Source of the DNA: Trichoplax sp. H2
Lineage: Eukaryota
Reading direction: 5' to 3'
DNA length: 64,000 nt
Assembly (NCBI GenBank): GCA_003344405.1
Contig: NOWV01000019.1
Span: forward strand, 248,001-312,000
Under the pieces are notes generated by a model that was not told where the DNA came from, did no database searches, and saw only the letters and a list, made by a program, of their open reading frames with translations. Made by a program: the position numbers and the translations under genes. Of the stretch, positions 1 through 12,200 are shown piece after piece. Within the stretch, counting starts at the first letter, position 1. Each line of letters opens with the position of its first letter.

Positions 1-487
1 CGATGGCTTGATGGCCGGCCATAAATACGGCAATGGATAAATCGAACGATCCTATGATTTCAGATATTCGTGCATATTGTGTTCTCTTTAATTGCATTCC
101 ACCATATTCTTGCGGAGCTTGCATACCAAGGGCACCAAGCTCCTTCAGTACTTCGATCGATTTCTTGGGCAATTTTTCATCCAGATCACATTGCGATGCA
201 TCATGAACTTCACGGAAATATTTCTCCAAGGGATCAATCATAAGTTTGACTGTGTCTTTGGATTCATCATCGAGTGCATCAGGGTAAGGGAATAGCTGTT
301 GTGTTTTCACATTACCACAGTAAACACCTAAAGCAAATGAAGAATCCATATGATGGATTGCTATTGGCTGATCTGATAGAAGACGTAGACGATTGATTGC
401 CATACCATGACGATGAATTTTAATGCCACTATGACAGTAGCGAAAAATTCTTGACGTTGAATTAATGGTAAATCGCAATTGAGACAT
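1..487 (-). CDS. ACADVL: Very long-chain acyl-CoA dehydrogenase (VLCAD/ACAD9 family), 5' part; runs off the window start
   Basis: Manual translation from ATG at 487: MSQLRFTINSTSRIFRYCHSG (basic, mitochondrial-presequence-like)...SSFALGVYCGNVKTQQLFPYPDAL...EVLKELGALGMQAPQEYGGMQLKRTQYARISEIIGSFDLSIAVFMAGHQAI. This matches the VLCAD N-terminal motifs (FPYP, LKELG.xG.Q.P..YGG, TQYAR, .HQ.IG). Not in the ORF track because its stop lies outside the window. Confidence 0.88.
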   Translation of the reverse strand, partial: MSQLRFTINSTSRIFRYCHSGIKIHRHGMAINRLRLLSDQPIAIHHMDSSFALGVYCGNVKTQQLFPYPDALDDESKDTVKLMIDPLEKYFREVHDASQCDLDEKLPKKSIEVLKELGALGMQAPQEYGGMQLKRTQYARISEIIGSFDLSIAVFMAGHQAI

Positions 488-1460
488 AATACTATCAAAT
501 AAGATAGAAAGAGGTATCATTAATTACTCAAGAAGCCAATCATTACTTCACAAAACCAATACAATATAATTGGTCATATTTATAGCAGCTTTTAACTTTC
601 CATAATTTACAGTACAGTCATCAGCCGTGTAAAACATGAAGATGACACTATCTTTCCACGTTACTTGATACTCACCATAAGGAATGGAAGTCGCAACGAA
701 GGATAGGAGAAAGATGAAAAGCCAACCGCTAGCGTTCTTGCTCACTTTTGACTACTGTAAAATAGTGTATAAGTTAACATATATATGACATATACACTAC
801 ACGTATGTTACGTTAACTGTTAACTAGTACAGTATCATAAATAAACAAATCCCGCCTTAAATCGCAAAAGGCTAATCGTGGAAGTTGTAGTGCTGCATAC
901 AGTACATACTGTCTGATGTCTACTGTGTACACATCATATGTTATGGAATGTAGGACCATTACTAATTACAATAACTGGTAGCATCCTGCTGGCGGTCTCC
1001 CTTATGTTTATTGTTCATCTACATTTTACTATATTAATTTACACTATATCCTGTATCCGTATAATTATGTTTTTCTTCAGATATGTATTATATTATAATT
1101 GTACAAGATGATGCTGATCATAACGTTAATGCATATTACTCGTTCATCCACAATGTCAAGCAAGATTGCAGACGTTCTTCCTTTAATGATGGCTGATTAG
1201 CATATTGACTTAATCTAGTGCAAACCCTGCTGTGCACAGTAATGTGATCGATGGCAGTCGATAGAATTGCATTTAGGAGATGATTGCAATTAAGCAATGA
1301 GAATACTGTAAATGGTTACCGATGTAAGACAGCATCATCCTGCTAGCACAAGATAATTTCTATCGCACCTCTGTACTAGGAACAAAGTGATATCAAGCGA
1401 CTCTTGTTTACTACAAAAAAAGTCAAGCCCGATGTAAACATCGAGCATACGCCTATATAG

Positions 1461-1963
1461 TAAATGGCTTCTAGAGTAATTCTTTGTTCGCAAAGATGAT
1501 TGCTGGTTAAAATAAAATCACTTGGTTTATCCTAATAGATGTAGAAATAATCAACGTGTTAATAAATGGCTTCTAGAGCAATTCTTTGCTGCCAAAGATG
1601 ACTACCAGTTAAAATAAAATCACTTGGTTTATCCTAATAGATGTAGAAATAATCAACGTGTTAATGAATGGCTTCTAGAGTAATTCTTTGTTCTCAAAGA
1701 TGACTGGTGGTTAAAATAAAATCGCTTGATTTATCCTAATGGATGTAGAAATAATCAACGTGTTAATGAATGGCTTCTAGAGTAATTCTTCGTTCTCAAA
1801 GACGACTACTAGTTAAAATAAAATCAATTGGTTTACCCTAATAGATGTAGAAACAATCAACGTGTTAATGAATGTTTTCTAAAGTAATTTCTTAGTTGTC
1901 AAAGATGACTACTAGTTAAAATAAAATTACTTGATTTATCCTAACAGATTTAGAAATAATCAA
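1461..1963. repeat. Tandem repeat, 102-bp unit, about 5 copies
   Basis: Unit T(A/G)AATGGCTTCTAGAGTAATTCTTTG...GTAGAAATAATCAACGTGTTAA starts at 1461, 1563, 1665, 1767 and 1869. Confidence 0.95.
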
Positions 1964-2988
1964 TGCGAAGAATTTACAAATGCGGTGACTTTACGCCTTA
2001 AAGTTAAATGAAAAGGCAAATCGCAAAAGAGACAGTTACCAGAAAGTAGCAAAATATCATAAATTAATGCGAAGACTAATGTATATGGAAAGGAATAGAT
2101 TCGAAAAATGGACATGGTTCATAATTTTTTGCATATAGTAACAATGGAACTGACTCATATGAGAGGACTAGTATGCATAATTGCATATGGAGATCTTGAT
2201 TTATAAACAGTTCAATGCACCTATAAAAATTACACATAGCCCTGAGATATGAATTTAGGGCAAACCTTGACTGCATCAATTTTAGACCTTAGTATATTTT
2301 AATTAATTTCTGAAATCAATCCCTTTGCCCAGTTGTCAATTTAATCAAGAGAACGAAAGCGTCCTTTCACTTTATTTAAGGCGATGCAAGTGTCGATAGA
2401 TTATCCTGAACTGCTATCTCTGGTCTAAAAGGCATTTAACCATTTACACAGCTCACTTATCACGAGCCAATTTCGATTCATTGCCTTAAACGCATGGCAT
2501 TAATATGTTATAAATGACGCAAATAGCAGATAAGATAGGACTAGCAAATCTAGCAATAATGATCGACCTGAGTTTCAATACCTTCTAGTGCTCCTACTTT
2601 AGCCATAAATCAACCTTTTTAACGAACCACTCTTGATATTAACCTTCCACTTGAGGGAATAATTATTTTCTAATGTAGTGATCAGCTGATTTCAAAGTGA
2701 GCTTGTCCTCAAACTACGTCAATAAAGGACATTTTGTAATTTAAAACTGTTCGATTCGATATGTAGTTATTTACTTTGTCTAAGAAAAAAGCTTTCGCAG
2801 TCTCATCAAAATAGTTTACTGTAGAAGAGTCATCAACCCCAAGCATGAAAATTGAGACGATAGTAACATATCATAAATAGCTATGATAATATTCATTTTG
2901 GATATTTGAATGCCTAATTCTAGTTTTCCGTAGCAGTTATATTCAATGCACTAGAGTAATATTGCAATCATATTGATACTGAACCAAA

Positions 2989-5132
2989 ATGCCGGATTCC
3001 TGCTGTGTGATAGGATGCAAAAATAGAAGAATAGGAAATCGTCTGAGTTTTTATCGAATACCGAGAGCATGCACTGCCAAAGAAATTCATCGTCGTCAAC
3101 TTTGGTTAAAAGCAATCAATCGATCCAATTGGTCTACCAAGAAGATTGCTAATGCTCGAATATGTAGCCAACATTTTACTACAGGTTTGTTCTCCCAGTG
3201 GAAATACTACAATATGCTCAACGCTGTACGCTGGAATAATAACCAGTAGGTCTGATCAGTTCTGACCTAATATCCGGTGTTAATTAGGGGTTGCATTATT
3301 TGGTCTTTCTACTATCTTACTAGGCACAGGTTTATCTTGTCCGTATCATGCAGCCTAATTTTAATTGTTGATGATATACAAGGTTATATTGTAAAGGGTA
3401 TCAGAAGATTTCATAACGATATCCTAACCGTATAGACTACAGTTACATGGTCAAACTTGAAGTATCAGCTATACTCGTATAAATAAGAAATTATATCCCA
3501 AATTATATCCCACAATAGTTATGAACACGATAAAGTGGATACATGGATTTTTTGATTACAACTAAACATCACTTTCTATCGTCGCTTAATTTAATACCGT
3601 GTTATCCATGAAATGACTAGCGATTATACTTTTCAACTAAAGATATTTTGCATTATTTCGCCAATTAGATAGTACTATCTCTGCCTAAAGCCATTGAGTA
3701 AGGCAAATAACACCCTATAATATGAATTATTATAACATTCAATCTAATTCTCATTTTGAATCTAATTTATTGCTAGGGAAGAGATCAGATAATCCCGATC
3801 ATCCAGATTATATTCCATCTATTTTTACATCTAATAAAGAGTTGAATATGACCGATCATCAGGAGATTCGTCAATCTGGAGGACTGACTGCTAATTCATC
3901 AATCAATCTTGGCAAAGAAACTCACTCCGAGGTTGGAAATAGAGTAATAAAGATAATAAAAATTATTGACTTTCAAGCTGGAGTACCACAGCAGCAATAC
4001 CATAGTAGACAAATCGGTGATTGATCTTTCTTACTTTGACTACTTTAATCCAATTGTTACATTTCCACTCCCATAAATAATGTCATTAATTTTCTTAGGT
4101 ATGCAAACGGAAAATAAAATATCTCTTTCTGTAGGAGTACAAACGCAAGACACTGATGGAGAATTGGAAACAAACTTAAAGCAAGCATATATAGAATTAA
4201 ATAACAAAAACGTAATAATAAGTGAACTACGACATGAAATTTTTGAATTAAACAGGAAATCAATCTTCTCTTGGCATTCAGTTAAATATAATTTTAAACT
4301 GTTTCGATTTCTGACTGGTTTACCCACAATTGAATCTTTTAATTGGCTGTTAGGGTTAGTTAGTAACCATGCTAAGATCATAAGAAAGACTCTAAGTTCC
4401 GAAGATCATTTATTAGCGGTATTAATGAAGCTAAAATTAGGTCTTACGAATGCTGATATTGCCTATCGTTTTGCAATTGAACCAGTATCTATTTCCTACA
4501 TTTACAATCATTGGCTTCCTAAGTTAGCAACTGCTGTTGGTCAATTAATTATCTGGCCAAATAAGGAAGCAATTGAAGAAAATATGCCAGCTTGCTTTAA
4601 ACGGAATTTTCCAAACTGTGTCGCGGTTATCGACTGTACAGATATTGCAATTGAAAGACCGAGTAACTTATCGGCTAAAGCTCAGACTTGGTCAAGCTAT
4701 CGGCATTCGAATACAATAAAATATTTAATCGGTATCACTCCGGCAGGAGCAGTTAGTTTTTTATCGTCAGGTTGGGGTGGTAAAGTATCCGATAATGAAA
4801 TTACATTACGATCTGGATTTCTGGAAAAATTAAATCAAAACGATGTTATCCTTGCTGACAAGGGATTCTTAGTGAAGAAAGAATTGGCTTTAAGAGGCGC
4901 TATATTAAAAATTCCTTCCTGCATAAGAGGTAAAAAGCAATTACCAGCAAGAGAAGTTGATCAGTCAAGGGAATTGTGCCATGTTAGAATTCATATTGAG
5001 CGTGTTATTGGTCGACTTAAAAGATTTAAACTGTTACAGACTACAATACCTATATCACAAGTGCAGTTATTAGATCATGTTATGATTGCTGTCGCAGGAA
5101 TAGTCAACATGAACCGCAGCATTATTACCTAG
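2989..5132 (+). CDS. THAP zinc finger + HTH + Harbinger-type DDE transposase (about 489 aa; exons 2989-3184, 3777-4016, 4099-5132)
   Basis: THAP: CCVIGC...FYRIP...W...ICSQHFTT|GKRSDNPDHPDYIPSIF, joined by a phase-1 GT-AG intron. HTH: LSSEDHLLAVLMKLKLGLTNADIAYRFAI. Catalytic motifs VIDCT (D at 4632), LADKGF (D at 4857) and RIHIERVIGRLK (E at 4998). The exon 2 donor (4016) is the least certain junction. Confidence 0.9.
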
Positions 5133-5509
5133 ATATATACATTGATATCTATTCCATTAATGGAGTCGAATTCTTAAGCACTCTTACTTTTTACTGCAGT
5201 AAAGATTATGTATCACACGATATGAATTTTATTAACCAACTTTTTGGCAATGAATTAATTAAGCGAAATACGCATGTAGCTATTAATATAATATAGAACG
5301 AGATGCCAGCATAACCAATATATATAAATCGGTGCTAACGTATTTATCTGGAAAAGTATGTATGAAGTGAGGAGGTAGCAATAAATAACAATCATAATCA
5401 GAGATAACATTGAACAATTAATAAATTCTTATAGGAAAGAGAAATTTAATATTTTATAGTAGGGTACACATGAAGTTGATAACCAAGGTAACAAACACTT
5501 CTTTAATTA

Positions 5510-5925
5510 ACAAGATTTTCTTACTTGTTTCTATTGAACCTTTTTTGGTAAAATAGCACTCTTTATTTACCTGATTTAAAATTATTGCAGGCATTAGCTT
5601 TTCAAGTAAAGTTCTTATTTCTTTAAATACTTATTCGACGGATTTTGCTCTCCAATATTGGCATCTTGAGTCCATATGAAAATAGTTGAAATAATTAGAC
5701 CCATCCACAAACTAGCAGTCATATTTGAATTGGATGTATTTGAAGGTTGATATTCAAAATTACGAACAACTACTCAGGAATCAGGGATTTTCTTTCTTGC
5801 TTTAGACTTGTAATTTCTGATAAAATAGCATTCTTAAATAATAGATTTAAATTACTGTAAGTCATGACTTTTCAATAAAGTTATCACTACTGCAAACCTT
5901 AATATTATTCCTCCAGCATTAATAT
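5510..5925 (-). pseudogene. Two degenerate tandem copies of the 3' end of the YqaJ gene
   Basis: About 5795-5920 resembles 6044-6168 (TCTTGCTTT.GACTT..ATTTCTG.TAAAATAGCATTCTTAAA...GATTTAAA...ACTTTTCAATAAA...CTCCAGCATT). About 5515-5735 carries TGGTAAAATAGCA, TGATTTAAA, CTTTTCAA, GTCCATATGAAAA and CAAACTA, as in 6067-6240. Confidence 0.75.
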
Positions 5926-6027
5926 TTTATATTCGTATGAAATAAATGATAATAGTTTAATTTGTAACAGTTAAAGGTAATCCTTTAGCTTGAAGATAGA
6001 TAAAGAAGGTAGCGAACACTTGTTTAA

Positions 6028-9000
6028 TTAAGAGGATTTCCTATCTTGCTTTCGACTTACGATTTCTGGTAAAATAGCATTCTTAAACACTTGATTTAAA
6101 CTAGGTAATAACTTTTCAATAAATCCATCGTTCCTCCAAACTCTTATTATAATTTTATCTCCAGCATTGTTACCTTGTGTCCATATGAAAAAATCACAAT
6201 AGTCCAACTCGCAAACTAACAGCAATCCTTGAACTTGATAAAAATATGGATGATTCTCTTTCAGTAACTTGCTTTCGGATATTGGGCAATCTTTATCCTT
6301 ATACCAATTAGTTAAGCCTTCCTTATATTTATAAGGGCAGATAACTTCTAAAGCACCTTTACCATGACATTCGCAATGGATAATACCATCTGGTGAGGCT
6401 GCAAATTGAGGAAATTTAGAATTGATGTGTAGACCTGTCGCTTTGAGCGTAAAATTGCCATGATTTTTACGCATGGTAACTAGGTAACAATTTAACGCGC
6501 TGTCTGTCATTTGCTTACTGTAAATAACTGCTGCATCATCATATTCGAGCTTATACTGCATTATACATTTAATTAAAGCTCTATTTGGATTATTTATGGA
6601 ATGAGCAATGCGATGAAACATGGAAGCGATAATTCGACCAGCACAGTGAACCTTCCACAAAGGTGATCGCTTGGGGAAGACTGTTACTGCGCATAGCTTA
6701 TCATAAGAATTTTGCGTATATAATTTTTTATATTCTTCAAAAGCATGATAGCTTATTGTTCGAAGATCTCGAGAGTTTAATTTTGCTTTTTCTGGATCGT
6801 ATAAACTTGTTATCGGCCTTGGAATAGAGCTCCAGTCATGCTGGATAATTCGCTTACCTTGCGATCCATTAGGAATGCCAAAATGGACTCTATTCGTCGT
6901 AAAACTTGTAAAAATAGCAGCATTTGGAGCAGCTACTTTTAAAGCGGTTAGCTGGATTTCTGATATACCTGCTGCACCAGCTGTTGGATCTGCGTAGCTA
7001 ATATTCATTTTCGTATCTTTAACACCATCTGTATGGGTGCTGTAAGGTAGTAAATCGCTACGCTTAGGTCTCTTAAAGCAAATCTTTTTGAGAGGTCGTG
7101 GCGATGTATGCGTTTTAGATTGATTCCAGGTACTTAATTTGCTCGACGATGTAGTTGTATGAAGTTCCAACTGAAAGTATGCTAGTAATTTGAATAAGAC
7201 AGCGGCTACATGATCACATGCAGACCCTAAGCTGTTTATACAAAAAGGTAAGAATTTCAATTTTTTGGTTTAGTTCTCAACAAGGATTTACTTATCGTCG
7301 TTACATTATATCGCAAAGAATATGGGAGAGATCAATCGGAGCATGGCTATTAACTAATTTTTTCAGCTATTTAACAGTAGCTAAAGCAATTATAAAGAAT
7401 TATTTTAATATAATATGCTAAAGCTTGTATATTATAGTTTTGTGATGATGTTAGGGTCCGTGAAATTTGTATAGTTTATCGTGAAGTAATCGAGGTAAAA
7501 AAATGATATAATTATATCTTTCTAATTATGCTAGGTTGACATATCAAAATTTTACTGTTTATAATTTATAAATGAGATCTGGCGTGGTTTAAAACCTAAA
7601 AATAAGGAATATTGGCGTGACTAAAACTACAATTTAGTTGAAATTTTAATATTAATCTAGGTATCGTCCGCAGCTTTCTTCTTCTTAGAGATTAGAATGT
7701 CTCAATATCGTCTACAGTACTAGACAAAATGACTTCATTGCATGGTAACTAGTACAAGTTTGCACCAACTGAAGATATTTTAACTTGAAATTTATTCTAA
7801 TCGCCGTATATTAATTAATTACTGACATAGCTCATGTTTTTAGTTACCCAATTTTTAGACGGATAAAAATTTATCCTTTCAGATAAAGACTTAAGACCTT
7901 TTTAGATAATATGCACGGAAGTAAAGCATTACCATTCTGCAACTAGATGGACGCATATTTACATGATGAATATTTACTTGTCAATGGAATTCGATCCGAT
8001 CTGGGATCGTCAAGGACTAAATTATGTAAAAGTCTCCTATATTATTCTCCAGAAATATCATCGATATCTACGAAACAAGTGATTTACAGTATAGTTTATT
8101 CACTGTCATCACTAGTCGAAATATTGAATATATCTAGAAAACAGTATTCTTGCTCATTTAAATAATTCTAAAATGGAACTAATCACTGCAGCTAATAATT
8201 AATTTGATTGTCGCTAATAGTGCAATGATTGAAAATGATCTTCATTTAGATCATAAATTGAGTGAGAAATTATTCTATACCACAGTTGTCCATAGATTTA
8301 GTTAGTAATGACTGTAAGGTGGTAGCAATTGGACTAGATAAGCAGCATGTATACGGCTAATTTAGTTTAATTTCGAGTCTTTTGAAAAGGGGTTTTAAGC
8401 TTATGTCGTCACATGTTCTGGAATACAACAGACATACGATGCTGTAGGTACTGCAGTATCTACTGTCATAAATAAAGACAGAATTTATAAGTAGCGCAAA
8501 CTAAGCATTTCCGACTCTGTAATAGCTTTTGAAATGAAAATTGTTTGATATTCCTAACTTTGCAAACTTTCTCGGCAGAAAGAGATAAAAATCGACTAGC
8601 AAAATTTCAATCACATTACACCTATACCTAATGTCTATTTCGAAGCACTTATTAGTATGTAGATAGTAAAACCTGATATAATTACTTACCCGGATTTACA
8701 AGTACAATTTGCAGTTAATATTGATCCTGATTTTTTGTTAGTACATATCCAGGCGTGGTAGAATTCTGCTTTTTTACCTTGCAGTGTACTGGACAGAATC
8801 TTTTTATTGATTTAAACAAATTGATGAAATTATTTATACAAAGTAAAGTAGTATGCGTAAGCCAGGACAAAAAAGAAAACATTATACGTTAGTACCTTTG
8901 ATTTCACAAAGCAGAATTGACATTCTACTTCGATGTCATGGTAATAGATGTCCTGTACATGTCCACAAAGGAAGTAACTATACGCTTTTAGAGATTTGTA

Positions 9001-9243
9001 TGCTTTGACAGTATCTTGCGTAAATTCACTTGTAGTATCTACAAGGTATTTATAGATATCAAGCCATGCTACATTAGGTAGCAGGTTGATATCGCGTTTC
9101 CAATTCTTTAAGGTAAAAGGATCAGGCAGACGTTCCTCCTTACTTGGAGTTAATTTCCGATCATATTGAAACTGTTGACTTATGTCCAAGGATTGATAAT
9201 AAGAAGATAAGTTAGAGGTAGCTACATCGATAGTACCTGCCAT
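6028..9243 (-). CDS. SWIM zinc finger + YqaJ/lambda-exonuclease-fold protein (about 553 aa; exons 9243-8896, 8799-8690, 7231-6028)
   Basis: Phase-compatible GT-AG junctions join LPDPF...WLDIYKYLV...KAYKSLKAYSYFLCGHV to ANCTCKSG|LGSACDHVAAVLF (SWIM CxC-x7-CxH split by the intron). This leads into YqaJ motifs W...GRIIAS, ASPDG, EVICPY, YFYQVQG, CDFFIW and LPE. Confidence 0.88.
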
Positions 9244-12200
9244 TATAGTATTGATTTGAGAAATGGGAAAGTATCTTGGCCACGTAATAGTAAATGTAAA
9301 ACACGACCTTGATATTGTACACGCATCAGTACTTTTGCCCTATCCGAATGAAATTATTTTGCTGAGATATTAGCTTTTAACGCATTCATATTCCTGCGAT
9401 TTGCAATTGTTATTTGTTAATTATTGATTTCATTTAATCTTAATATAATTAGATGGGAAAATTTTGCGATAAACGCGGTTACTCATTAGTTAGTGATTGT
9501 ATACTAGTCACATGCACTGTAACAAGTATTGGAATATAGAAAGTTGCCAGAATTTAAAACCGCAATATTTTTTTGAGCAGACTTTATTATCAATATCATT
9601 ACAGTAATGTCCTCCCCTGAGCCATGCCAGGTTCAATTCGATTTTATTGTGACATTGCTACTCTATTCGGAATGGTGCAAAGTCAACTAGCTGCAAGTAA
9701 ATCATAATTAATTAGTCCTTAATCACATCATCCACTGTATTTCTAATTAATTCTTTATAGATAGTCTACAAAATGGAAAAAAATTGTAGAAGAGATTCAT
9801 CCAGTTTTGCAATAAAATGTAGCCATGTAAAATTCCGGTTAATAGTGATTTTACACGTTTGAGCTCGATTCACCAAACAGCGACATAAAGTAGAAGTTTA
9901 CCTCTAGGCATATTTTATTATCTTATACTATTTCTCCCTAAATAGAAATAGAGAGATCGATCAAGTTTGTAAGGATGTACTATAATATTTCCCTTTTTGT
10001 TTTTGTATATAAGTGATAAATTTACGTTCGCTTGAAATATTAGCAAGATTACGCGTATGAGCCTATGAGGTCTAATCATATTGGGAATTTCAATCTCATA
10101 TGTTTAACTTTTGTCTGTTGCCTTCCTATTAACTTGGAAAATGATCCATCTAAAGATATCGTTCTCTTTTCCTGTCATTGTCCATAAGCAAACTGTACGA
10201 ATAAATTAATACGAGTTTAAAATACAGTTATATTATGATTTCTAACTCGCTAATTGAGAATAATAAAATTATTAATATAGAGAGAGTGGCACTTGTATTG
10301 GGTTCTATTGGTTCTTTATTAATTAATTATCAACGTATTCACAGATTTTATATGAACTGGTCAATTAAGTGATTGATGTTTACAGCGTTGTAATAAAGTT
10401 CTAAGATTTGTTACCCGAATAGTTACTTGGGGCTGGAGATAATACATTGGTTTATTAATTAATGTGGAACTACAACAGTGATCTGTTATAATTACTAAAT
10501 TAGCGACAATAAATAATAAGGATTTTAAAATGTTATTGGTTTTAATTTAGTAATTTACAGTACAGTATATCTAGATTGGTGCAGTTTATCACCTGTATTC
10601 ATGTCATGGCTAAGGGTTGAGATACACTTACGAGTGTTCCAGCGCTTCAATAAATATTCAATATCAAACGGAAATGCAAACTAGAACAGATCTCTACCTC
10701 AGAAATTATATCAGTGATTGAGCTATTCGACTTTGATCGCATGAGGTTTAATAAGAGTTATTAGAAGAAAATGGACGACTATTTCACTATGCTTTAACCT
10801 ATGCGCTCCTCATACATTAAACTACTTTACTGCCTGTGTTACGTATTCCGCCTATTGCCTTCTACATACATCTCGAATACTAGTGCATAAAAATGAGGGC
10901 AAAGCTTGTTACTGAGAGCTATTAATCCACAGTTGCAGCGTTGTATTTTATCTAACCTGAAATTGATTAATAACTCCTTCTACCTAATTTGGTTATAATT
11001 TTGTACCTTAGTGAATTACTTACAACGTACATCGCGATATCAGAGTTGTTGAAGTAAACCTCTTTGATTTGAACTATGGTGCGTAGTGTAGTCCACGCTG
11101 TAGTTATCGTAATGCTATTCCTGGATATTATATCATTCTCCTATTAGCTATGATTCTAATTATCTTATTGTTAATTTAATAAATTCATTCATTCATTGAG
11201 TACCGTAATTAGTAATCCGAAGGATAGGAGAAAATGAAATTATTTTTCTTATCCGTTTGTAAAACGCAACAATTCTAATTTTCGTGCCTCGTTCATGAAG
11301 TTGTTCAACTGCTAACTGCAATTATTAAAATAAACAATGATCATCCTGTCATTTATTGATGGAATATTGTATAGAACTTCTCCTTTCCCTTAGTGTTGTA
11401 ATTTAGTATTTGCAATCTGTTTTATGCAGTCAAGAACAGAAAGTTGCTAGTACTTGTATGGTACTACCGTGGTGTAAAAGGATTTAGCTTTGCTGTCCTC
11501 TCCGCAGTACCTTTCTAAGGCTTTTTATGTTGACCAGTTTGAGTGAATTATTCAGTTCAATAAGCTGTAAAATATGATGATCGTGTAAACCAACAGGTAT
11601 GGAGCAGAAGGAAATACAGTACTATGCTACCATCGACAACTAAATTGCATCTGGATGTCCATGGTACTACCCGTTGGTTCCGTCGTTCGTTATCTGAGTA
11701 ACTGTACAGAGCAGCAATTGGATTGTATCCATTAGTGGATTATGTTGATCTGCTGTTGGTGGACGATGAGTATCCAATAGGCGGATATGATATAGTTATT
11801 GCTGTCAGTGAATTCTGTATTGATGAAGTCAATAACCTGTAAGTTCATGTTTACCGGGTAAAGGGTATCGTGAAAAGTAGCGCTTTCCTCTCCAACTACT
11901 CTGCCACCCAAAGTATTGTGTCGATTCGACGTTGGAGTAGATTATAATGATTCACTGTCTATGTTTAACCGTAAATCATTCTCTCCGTATCTCACTTAGT
12001 GGCTTGACCTAGCATTTTTTACTTTTAGTACAGTTGTCTCTATACTGCCTTACAGCTCTGCCTGTTTATTAGGCTACAGTCCCTTTGTAACTTACTGCTA
12101 CTATGTATAACATATCCATATCGCTGAAAGTAATCTATAGGTTCAAAAATTCTGATGGTCTATCAGCATCACTATGAAGAAAAGGAACAATTATCCCTAT

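Larger units (their letters stand above)
2989..9243. mobile_element. ISL2EU-like (PIF/Harbinger-related) DNA-transposon-derived two-gene unit; ends not defined, possibly domesticated
   Basis: A THAP+HTH+DDE_Tnp_4 transposase gene and a SWIM+YqaJ gene in convergent orientation, the two-ORF organisation known for ISL2EU elements. Coordinates run from ATG to ATG; no TIR or TSD recognised. Confidence 0.85.

Noticed and set aside
1461-1963. 102-bp (and likewise the 227-bp) arrays as CRISPR-like arrays
   Set aside because: Whole units are repeated with no unique spacers, there are no cas genes, and the context is eukaryotic.
2282-10075. TTAGACCT (2282) / AGGTCTAA (10068) as possible TIRs of the ISL2EU-like unit
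   Set aside because: Only an 8-bp match that does not extend, which is expected by chance over several kb of AT-rich flank.
11540-11950. Slightly GC-richer, coding-looking stretch
   Set aside because: The frames I examined close quickly, with no consistent splice pattern or recognisable motif.
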